Assembly (NCBI GenBank): GCA_964590575.1
Contig: CAZPWM010000051.1
Location: 1-21,266 of the forward strand
Direction: 5' to 3'
Length of the DNA stretch: 21,266 nucleotides
Source of the DNA: an uncultured archaeon
Lineage (GTDB): Archaea; Asgardarchaeota; Thorarchaeia; Thorarchaeales; Thorarchaeaceae
Positions 1 through 7,188 of this stretch are shown piece after piece. The notes beneath the pieces are model-generated. The model was not told the DNA's origin, did no database searches, and was given only the letters and a program-made list of their open reading frames with translations. The position numbers and the translations under genes were made by a program. Positions within the stretch are counted from its first letter, which is position 1, and each line of letters begins with the position of its first letter.

Positions 1-102
1 GTATATGCCGAAGTGCATGTACAGTTTTGCATAATGAACAGTACACTATTCTATTCTAGGAATATGAATGGTACTGAAGCAAACCACAAGGGGAACATAA
101 AA

Positions 103-1764
103 TTGTCAGGACAGTTATCTGGAACACCCATCCTAATTCTTAAGGAGGGTACTTCAAGAACACGCGGTAGATCCGCACAAGGCAACAACATCATGGCTGG
201 TATAGTCATATCTGATGCTGTGAAATCCACTCTGGGCCCACGAGGTATGGACAAAATGCTCGTGGATAGTCTGGGAGATGTGACCATCACAAACGATGGT
301 GCTTCAATCCTGAAAGAGATTGATGTACAGCACCCAGCCGCAAAGATGCTCGTGGAAGTGGCGAAGAGCCAAGATCAGGAAACCGGTGATGGCACTACAA
401 CATCCGTCGTCTTAGCTGGTGAGCTCCTGAAGAGAGCACAAGATTTGTTGGAAAAGAAGATTCACCCAACCATTATTGTTGGCGGTTATCAGAAAGCAGC
501 CGAAAAAGCCTCAGAGATACTCAAGGACATTGCTGTATCGATGGTAGGTATGGACAAGAAGATTTTGACTGGCATTGCTGCAACATCAATGAACAGTAAA
601 TCAGTTGTTGGTTCAAGAGACCACTTTGCAAAGATTGCCGTGGATGCAATCCTACAAATCTCTGAGGAGTCTCATGGGGGAGTCAAAGCTGACATCGAGA
701 TGATTGAGGTCATAAAGAAACAGGGCAAAAGCCTAGGCGAAACCGAGCTTGTCAATGGTATGGTAATTGACAAGGAAATAGTTCACGCTTCAATGCCCAG
801 AATGGTCGAAGGAGCAAAGATTGCCCTAGTCGACGCAGCTATAGAGGTTGAAAAGACCGAATTCGATGCGGAAATCAGGATTGATAATCCAGAGCAAATT
901 AAGGCATTCCTTGATGAGGAAGAACACATGCTTACAAGGATGGTCGACAAGATTGTTGCATCTGGTGCAAACGTTCTTGTTTGTCAGAAAGGAATCGATG
1001 ACGTCGCACAGCACTTCCTAGCCAAGGCTGGAATCATGTCAATCCGCAGAGCAAAGAAGAGCACTCTTGAGAAGCTTGGAAAGGCTACAGGCGCAAAGAT
1101 CGCATCAAGTCTGGATGAGCTAGATAAGACCTACTTGGGTTCTGCTGGAATCGTCGAAGAGGTCAAGATTGGTGATGACAAGCTCGTCTATGTCAGAAAC
1201 TGCAAGGATCCAAAAGCTGTATCAATCGTTATTCGCGGTGGTACAGAGCACGTTGTTGACGAGGCAGAGAGAGCGATTCACGATGCACTCTGTGTCGTAA
1301 GGAACGTTGTAGAAGATTCAACCTACGTTGCTGGTGGTGGCTCAACAGAAACTGAGATTTCCAGGAGACTGGAAAGTTATGCCAACAAAGTCGGCGGCCG
1401 TGAGCAGCTAGCTATAGAGGCATTTGCGGAATCACTACTGATAATTCCTAAGACACTCGCTGAGAATGGTGGTCATGATCCCATTGACATAATCGCTGAC
1501 CTGAACAAGGACCATTCCAAGGTAACCGGTATCTGGTTCGGTGTTGATGTGATGAATGGCAAGAGCTCTGACATGATGAAGTCTGGTGTGATTGAACCAG
1601 CTCGAGTCAAGAGTCAAGCAATCCGCTCTGCTGCTGAAGCAGCACAGATGATCCTCAGGATTGATGATGTCATCGCTGCAAAAGCGTCTGCTGGTCCACC
1701 AGCGGGTGCTGGTGGTATGGGTGGCATGCCTGGTGGAATGGGCGGAATGCCTGGAATGATGTGA
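103..1764 (+). CDS. ths: Thermosome (group II chaperonin) subunit
   Basis: Motifs STLGPRGMDKML, TITNDGASIL, GDGTTT, GGGSTE and ILRIDDVI, plus a GGM-repeat tail. The ORF track starts at 13, but TTG at 103 (after AAGGGGA) gives the typical N-terminus MSGQLSGTPILILKEG. Alpha versus beta cannot be resolved. Confidence 0.97.
   Translation: MSGQLSGTPILILKEGTSRTRGRSAQGNNIMAGIVISDAVKSTLGPRGMDKMLVDSLGDVTITNDGASILKEIDVQHPAAKMLVEVAKSQDQETGDGTTTSVVLAGELLKRAQDLLEKKIHPTIIVGGYQKAAEKASEILKDIAVSMVGMDKKILTGIAATSMNSKSVVGSRDHFAKIAVDAILQISEESHGGVKADIEMIEVIKKQGKSLGETELVNGMVIDKEIVHASMPRMVEGAKIALVDAAIEVEKTEFDAEIRIDNPEQIKAFLDEEEHMLTRMVDKIVASGANVLVCQKGIDDVAQHFLAKAGIMSIRRAKKSTLEKLGKATGAKIASSLDELDKTYLGSAGIVEEVKIGDDKLVYVRNCKDPKAVSIVIRGGTEHVVDEAERAIHDALCVVRNVVEDSTYVAGGGSTETEISRRLESYANKVGGREQLAIEAFAESLLIIPKTLAENGGHDPIDIIADLNKDHSKVTGIWFGVDVMNGKSSDMMKSGVIEPARVKSQAIRSAAEAAQMILRIDDVIAAKASAGPPAGAGGMGGMPGGMGGMPGMM
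1711..1761 (+). repeat. Coding GGM(P) low-complexity repeat of the chaperonin tail
   Basis: ggtggtatgggtggcatgcctggtggaatgggcggaatgcctggaatgatg encodes GGMGGMPGGMGGMPGMM. Confidence 0.85.
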
Positions 1765-1781
1765 TACTAGACCAAAAACAT

Positions 1782-1814
1782 TGGAGCCGCAAGGCTCCAC
1801 TTATCTCTTTTTTT
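1782..1814 (+). terminator. Hairpin plus T-tract after the thermosome gene
   Basis: TGGAGCC-GCAA-GGCTCCA (1782-1799, 7-bp stem, GNRA loop), followed by a pyrimidine tract with T7 at 1808-1814. Confidence 0.7.
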
Positions 1815-1829
1815 CCGGAGTTCGCCAAA

Positions 1830-2702
1830 TTGACCAGACGTGTCTTACTTGTCGGAATGAAAAGCTTCGATTCAGGGAAGACGCATTTTGCAATTCAATT
1901 GAGTAAAGCTCTACTGGAGGAAGGTCATTCTATAGAGTACTTCAAGCCGTTGAGTGGACATAACTACTGGTACAATTACGAGCACACGAAAAACTGTCTA
2001 CTAAGCGGAGTATTATCTTCAAAGGATGCAATACACGTTCGGAAGTTTTTGAATCCCAAGAGTCCTATTCAGCTAGCTAATCCCGTTCATCGTCTGTATG
2101 TTCCAATGAGAGTTGAAAGACCGTTGCAGAATCTGACGAACACATTGGGATTAGCAGGATCAAGTTCAATACTCACGTTAGAACGGTTTAGTAGACCAGA
2201 TGCAACAGGAGTTGACACAACAGTTTTAGTTGCACAGAAAATCGTGGAAGAAGAGCGTCTGATAATAAGCCAAGAAGAAGTAGGGATGCTAACAAAAGAT
2301 GCAGGAATTCTCTCAGTCAACAATCTTGAAGAAGTACAAGAATTTGAAAGATTGAATTTTGAAGAGCATGCAACACAATCTCTCGCTGAAGTGGAGAAAT
2401 CTGCAGACATTGTAATTATAGAAGGTTTCAATGATGCTGCATGGCCATGGGATGGACTAAAGGTAGTCGATGCGGTTTTTCTGATTAGCCCTGCACACAT
2501 CTTCAGCTATGACCCCGAAAGATTCAGAAAAGCAGCCTATCTAATGAAACGGGGAACCCTCCCAATAAGAGAGGTGACCTTCAGTAGGATTTCAGATTTA
2601 TTGAAACCGATCAAATGGCTGGAGATTAAACCTGAAAGTGAACTATCAGTAGAGAATCTCGACTACCTTGGGATGTCTTTCCGCACAGGAAAGAAAGATT
2701 AA
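1830..2702 (+). CDS. Predicted archaeal P-loop NTPase (COG4028-like, BioD/CobQ-related)
   Basis: VLLVGMKSFDSGKT Walker A variant, YFKPLSGHN, NPVHRL and IVIIEGFND Walker B. The TTG start at 1830 follows GGAG at 1817-1820. The ORF-track start at 1761 would run through the terminator. Confidence 0.75.
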   Translation: MTRRVLLVGMKSFDSGKTHFAIQLSKALLEEGHSIEYFKPLSGHNYWYNYEHTKNCLLSGVLSSKDAIHVRKFLNPKSPIQLANPVHRLYVPMRVERPLQNLTNTLGLAGSSSILTLERFSRPDATGVDTTVLVAQKIVEEERLIISQEEVGMLTKDAGILSVNNLEEVQEFERLNFEEHATQSLAEVEKSADIVIIEGFNDAAWPWDGLKVVDAVFLISPAHIFSYDPERFRKAAYLMKRGTLPIREVTFSRISDLLKPIKWLEIKPESELSVENLDYLGMSFRTGKKD

Positions 2703-2758
2703 GCCTTAATCAAGAATCCAGAATACAATACCTAGGACCAAAAGACGGAGACAGTATA

Positions 2759-3712
2759 TTGACAGAGGACTTGAACTGGGAATTGATTGTTATTGGTGGC
2801 GGTCCTGCGGGAATGACAGCAGCCATCTATGGAGCGCGATATGGGCTTAAGACGCTGTTATTGGAATCGAAGGTTCTAGGAGGAGCTCAGGCCACGAGCC
2901 CAGGTATTGAAAACTATCCTGGTTATACATTTGTTGTGGGATTGGACCTTGCGAACAAAATGAAGGAGCAGGTCAAGAAATGTGGAGCATTCATCAAGGA
3001 AATCACTGAGGTTAAGAACGTAGAAAAAGAAGGAGATACGGGGGACTTTCTCCTCGATACGCGACGTGGAGTCTACCGTGCTAAAGCGATAATCTTCGCA
3101 ACAGGTGGGGGACACAGACATCTCAATGTACCTGGAGAAGACCTGCTTACAGGCCGAGGAGTTTCATACTGCGCCACCTGCGACGGACCACTTTTTCGTG
3201 ACAAAACTGTTGCTGTTGTGGGAGGCGGAAACACAGCAGTCACCGAGGCATTATATCTTTCAGAAGTCGTTGGCAAAGTCTATCTGATTCATAGAAGAGA
3301 TGAACTGAGGGCTGAGAAAATCGTTCAGGATTATGTTTTCAACTCAAGTGTGGAGATATTATGGAACACTCTTGTCAAGGAAATCAGGGGTGACGATCTT
3401 GTTAACGCGCTGCTTCTACAAAACGTGAATACTGGAGAAGAACGAATACTATCTGTGGATGGTGCATTCATAGCTCTCGGATCCAATCCAGAGAGCGCTC
3501 TTGCAAAGAGTATTGGTGTTGAAACAAATGAACGTGGAGAAATTCTTGTTTGTTCGAAGCAATCAACGAATGTACCGGGAGTCTTCGCAGCTGGTGACGT
3601 TGTTGAGTCGATGAAACAGATTGTTGTAGCTGTTGGGCACGGCGCAATTGCTGCAGACTCTGCGTATTCATATATCCGAAAGATGCAGAGAGGCCCTATC
3701 GGTTACGCGTAA
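2759..3712 (+). CDS. trxB: Thioredoxin-disulfide reductase (low-MW, NADPH-type)
   Basis: IGGGPAG FAD motif, YCATCDG redox-active CxxC, VVGGGNTA, HRRDELRA and FAAGD. Confidence 0.95.
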   Translation: MTEDLNWELIVIGGGPAGMTAAIYGARYGLKTLLLESKVLGGAQATSPGIENYPGYTFVVGLDLANKMKEQVKKCGAFIKEITEVKNVEKEGDTGDFLLDTRRGVYRAKAIIFATGGGHRHLNVPGEDLLTGRGVSYCATCDGPLFRDKTVAVVGGGNTAVTEALYLSEVVGKVYLIHRRDELRAEKIVQDYVFNSSVEILWNTLVKEIRGDDLVNALLLQNVNTGEERILSVDGAFIALGSNPESALAKSIGVETNERGEILVCSKQSTNVPGVFAAGDVVESMKQIVVAVGHGAIAADSAYSYIRKMQRGPIGYA

Positions 3713-3754
3713 TGATTTCTAGCCTTCAATCGCTAGTACATCCTTTGTTGTGGG

Positions 3755-3768
3755 GAAACGTTAATAAC
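3755..3768 (+). promoter_or_regulatory. Putative BRE/TATA promoter of the 3839 gene
   Basis: GAAACG-TTAATAA (TATA-like at 3761-3767) in the intergenic region. Confidence 0.55.
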
Positions 3769-3792
3769 CGCGCTCCTTTCCGATGCTCAAAG

Positions 3793-3812
3793 CGCTGAGG
3801 CGAACCTCAGCG
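3793..3812. other. Perfect 8-bp hairpin in the leader of the 3839 gene
   Basis: CGCTGAGG-CGAA-CCTCAGCG; the loop reads TTCG on the - strand. Confidence 0.75.
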
Positions 3813-3838
3813 ACATTTAGATTGACCGTGATGCCATT

Positions 3839-5041
3839 ATGAAAAGGGTCAAAGTCATAGCATTCACACTCGCATTCACCTTTGTACTGCTTGCGTTCAC
3901 GGCGCAGCCGGTTGCAGCGGCAAGTCGTTATGACTCTCTTATGTCATATATGAATAGCAGGTATGACTCTGTCAGAGGGGGATATACAATCCCAGGCGAA
4001 GGAGTGACACGTATCGATCCAACTTATGGTGCTATCACTATCATGAATGAAGTGGGTACTATTAATAATAGACCTCCGCCAATCGCTATTACAGCAGTAA
4101 TGGATTTTATGGAAGATCATCAATGGACTTCGGGTGATGAAGATGATGAACCAAGGTACGGCGGGTTCATGGATTACTTGCTAGGACCGGTTACAAATGG
4201 AATCAACTATAGAGGTCTCACCACATGGCAGATTCTAATAGCACAAACTGGTATTCCCGGTACAGAAGACTTTCAAATCAATGCGACCGCAAATCTTCTC
4301 TGGATAAATAAGACACAAACAGCTTCTGGGGGTTTTGGTAATGAAGCAGGTGCAGATCCAGATTTATTATCGACAGCCTATGCATTAATGTCTATCAGAC
4401 TAATCGACACGATGTTCCCATTGGAGAATGCTTGGAGCTGGCTGCAGAACGAAACTGCAACAGTTGAGTGGATTGAGAGCTGCAAGAATGGTGTCGCATA
4501 CATGCTTGATCCTAATTCAGACCGACCAGGGGTCACCGCCACAGCCGCAGCAGTACTAGCATACAAAGCATTGGACCCTGTAGCGGCAGTGCCCGGTACT
4601 GCAAACATTCAGACTTGGCTACGATCACGTCAAGTTCTAGACAATGAAGAACCAAAACTCATCGGGGGTTTTGAGGAGGGTAATGGCACAGACGATCCTA
4701 ATCTCATCAGCACTTACTATGGTCTTAAAGCAATGGAAGCTCTCGTTACACTCACTAATCTCAATATTACAGCAGCTGAATCATTCATTCTGAATTGTCA
4801 ATCTCAGGACGGCAGTTTTGCTCTTGTTCCTGGAATAAGCAGTGGCAAACTCATCTATTCAGGATATGCGTGTGAAATGCTAAACATGGCTGAATTCGAG
4901 GATGGAGCACTCAGCATCCTTTCATCATCAGAGGACCCCAATTCTCCAGGTGGAATTGGTTTTGATTGGCGACCGATGCTCGTTGTAGGAATTATTGCAG
5001 TTGCCCTTGTTCTTGCAGTTCTAGCCGTGAGAGCAGATTGA
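3839..5041 (+). CDS. Secreted, C-terminally anchored prenyltransferase/squalene-cyclase-repeat (alpha/alpha toroid) protein
   Basis: Signal peptide MKRVKVIAFTLAFTFVLLAFTAQPVAA. Repeats QTASGGFG..PDLLSTAYAL, IGGFEE..PNLISTYYGL and QSQDGSFA..IYSGYA. C-terminal hydrophobic helix MLVVGIIAVALVLAVLAV. Confidence 0.75.
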   Translation: MKRVKVIAFTLAFTFVLLAFTAQPVAAASRYDSLMSYMNSRYDSVRGGYTIPGEGVTRIDPTYGAITIMNEVGTINNRPPPIAITAVMDFMEDHQWTSGDEDDEPRYGGFMDYLLGPVTNGINYRGLTTWQILIAQTGIPGTEDFQINATANLLWINKTQTASGGFGNEAGADPDLLSTAYALMSIRLIDTMFPLENAWSWLQNETATVEWIESCKNGVAYMLDPNSDRPGVTATAAAVLAYKALDPVAAVPGTANIQTWLRSRQVLDNEEPKLIGGFEEGNGTDDPNLISTYYGLKAMEALVTLTNLNITAAESFILNCQSQDGSFALVPGISSGKLIYSGYACEMLNMAEFEDGALSILSSSEDPNSPGGIGFDWRPMLVVGIIAVALVLAVLAVRAD

Positions 5042-5119
5042 TAGCTACAATAGCTTTATTTCAACAGCGAAGTAAACAGCCTTCGAGGGTAGAGAAAATT
5101 CGACCCTTAGGTGTATCAT

Positions 5120-6700
5120 ATGGCGTACTCAGAGAAAGAGGATGAATCAATTCCAAGATACAAACGCGGGTATGAATGGTTCTCGCACCTTGCCAACGCC
5201 AACTTGTCCAAGAAACCTTGGAGACGCTTGGGCATTTTCTCATTCTTTGATGCACCGTTTGCGGAAAGTGATCTCCTATACCTCTCACCAAAACAAGTCA
5301 TGTTAACAATGGCAAGAATGGCAAAATCTAAAGAAACCGGTCTTGTTTTCGTTATTGATGCCATGGAAAAGGAAGAGATGGGTCTGAGTACGAAAAAAGG
5401 CTTTGACCAATTCATGGAGATTTTCGATGGTCTCTTCCCTGATTCATCAAAGTTCTATTTTGGACCCAAAGAATCTGACCGACAATGGCTTCAAGAATAT
5501 GCTTCTTTGCGGATTCCTCTTGATTGGCTCATCAAGAAACCAAATGTGTTTGCGGAAGTGCTCTCTGATGCATCTCCGGTTGGTGAACAAGTTGGTCCGG
5601 GGGATGCCTCATTTGAAGACTTCGCAGGGATGATTGAAGTTCTTGTAGAGAAATTAGGACCACCATCTCTTACAGAAGAAGTTATGGGTAAAATCCGAAG
5701 TACAGAGGCGAGCGAGTATGCAGGTGAGGCTGTGGGGATGATGACTGTATTCATCAGTCCTGCCACAGCAGTAACCCGCGGCGTCAGATATTTGGGTAAG
5801 TTCATGAGCCTGATAAAAGACCGGAGAAAACAGGAAGTCAAGGATGTCTATGTAGAATGGACCGAGCGAGTGAAGAAAGGATATTCCGAAGAGAAACTCA
5901 AGCAATTCTTCGACGAATCTCCTGATTTTAACTCAGGTCTCGTCGAGGCTGTCGCATCATTCAAACCAGTGTTGATTATACTTAATACTCGTGGAACTCT
6001 CTATGATCTATTCCTTCCCCTAGTTCTACAACACCTTGTTGAGGAGATAGGGTACATTCCTCCCCATAGACGGCCCAAGAAAAAGGAAGAAGATAAGAAG
6101 AAAGGGAAAAAGGAAGAGAGTTGGGAGAGTGAATCACTTTCCTATGAATCAGTAGAAACCATCGAGGATGGTGATCTTCCACCTGTCACAGACCAGTTGA
6201 TTCAGTCTATAATGGAGCAGGAAGAAGCCTTGAGCGAGTCTGAATTGGATATTTCAGAAGATGTTTTCGAAGGTAAGCCAGAAACTATCCTTTTCCTTGA
6301 TGCAGCCACGCATCTTTCTAAATTCAATCGATCATTCAAGTTTGCATTAAATATTCCAGAGAAATATCCTAACATGTCAGTAGGAGCGTCCTTCTTCACC
6401 GACCGGGAAAAAATCAGTCAAGCACTTCAAGAAGGTGTTCTTGAATACATGAAGGAAAGAGCACTCATCTTTGACCTGCATCCTGCACTCTTTGACATGG
6501 CGACAGCACGAATGCCTGTTTCAAAGAAAGCATGGTTAAATGGCAGATTGCAAGAAATGGAAAAAGTTCGCTCTGATGGAGAAGTAGCTTTTCTTGAGTA
6601 TTCTAGTACAGATGATCCTAAATGGGCTCTTCGAGTTGTGGAAAAACCAGAAAGTGACGCCTTAATGAAAATCCGGAGCTGGTTTCGGCGAGGAAATTGA
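5120..6700 (+). CDS. Hypothetical protein, possibly a catalytically degenerate HerA/FtsK-fold ATPase
   Basis: Long ORF, with ATG 5120 preceded by AGGTG (ORF-track GTG at 5111). Segments LVFVIDA, LRIPLDWL, VLIILN, ILFLDAATHL and PEKYPNMSVGASF parallel the HerA motif order, but there is no GxxGxGKS. The CDS is confident; the fold assignment is inference. Confidence 0.6.
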   Translation: MAYSEKEDESIPRYKRGYEWFSHLANANLSKKPWRRLGIFSFFDAPFAESDLLYLSPKQVMLTMARMAKSKETGLVFVIDAMEKEEMGLSTKKGFDQFMEIFDGLFPDSSKFYFGPKESDRQWLQEYASLRIPLDWLIKKPNVFAEVLSDASPVGEQVGPGDASFEDFAGMIEVLVEKLGPPSLTEEVMGKIRSTEASEYAGEAVGMMTVFISPATAVTRGVRYLGKFMSLIKDRRKQEVKDVYVEWTERVKKGYSEEKLKQFFDESPDFNSGLVEAVASFKPVLIILNTRGTLYDLFLPLVLQHLVEEIGYIPPHRRPKKKEEDKKKGKKEESWESESLSYESVETIEDGDLPPVTDQLIQSIMEQEEALSESELDISEDVFEGKPETILFLDAATHLSKFNRSFKFALNIPEKYPNMSVGASFFTDREKISQALQEGVLEYMKERALIFDLHPALFDMATARMPVSKKAWLNGRLQEMEKVRSDGEVAFLEYSSTDDPKWALRVVEKPESDALMKIRSWFRRGN

Positions 6701-6774
6701 ATATTAGCCACGCCCACAAGAGATATAATCATCACTAGGTATCTTGGCAGCTGACTCTCCGGAGGCATAAGAGA

Positions 6775-7188
6775 TTGAGTAAGGGTGACATGACGCAGGC
6801 AAGGGTACTAAAAATCGAGAAAGGTGATACAATCACTCTGCCAGCAGAATTTGTTGACAAGATAGGTCAACAATACGGTCTGGTAATTCTCGTTGTCAAG
6901 GATGGTAACGTCAAAATGTATCCTGTTGATAGCAGTAGTGTGATGTATCTCAAGCTTGTCATTGAAAAGCTTAGCAAGAGCTTTCTTGAAGAACTGACCA
7001 TGGTCTTTATGGAGGTCGGTTTGGAAGATATACTGTTTACTAGTGGGATTTGCCAAGCTGCTGACCAATGTTTCTACGAATGTTATTTCACACCCAAGCA
7101 GCTGAATGTTGATGTTAGCAAACTGGAGAAGCGCCTGCAAGGAATTACTGGTGTAAAGCAAGTCATGCTTCATGAAGTGCAAAAATAA
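6775..7188 (+). CDS. Small protein with an AbrB-like N-terminus and an ACT-like C-terminus (putative regulator)
   Basis: KIEKGDTITLPAEFVDKIG resembles the AbrB/SpoVT 'G.itlP.e.r..lg' motif. The C-terminal part ending LEKRLQGITGVKQV is ACT-like. Start is either TTG 6775 (after GGAGG) or ATG 6790 (after GGGTGA). Confidence 0.6.
   Translation: MSKGDMTQARVLKIEKGDTITLPAEFVDKIGQQYGLVILVVKDGNVKMYPVDSSSVMYLKLVIEKLSKSFLEELTMVFMEVGLEDILFTSGICQAADQCFYECYFTPKQLNVDVSKLEKRLQGITGVKQVMLHEVQK

Noticed and set aside
13-102. ORF-track N-terminal extension of the thermosome (likewise 1761-1829 and 9858-10031)
   Set aside because: These extensions lack family similarity and cross promoter, terminator or neighbouring coding sequence. 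The downstream starts have SD motifs.
4945-5041. Archaeosortase PGF-CTERM signal (SPGGIGF + TM helix)
   Set aside because: No contiguous PGF motif and no basic cluster after the helix (it ends RAD), so it is treated as a plain TM anchor.
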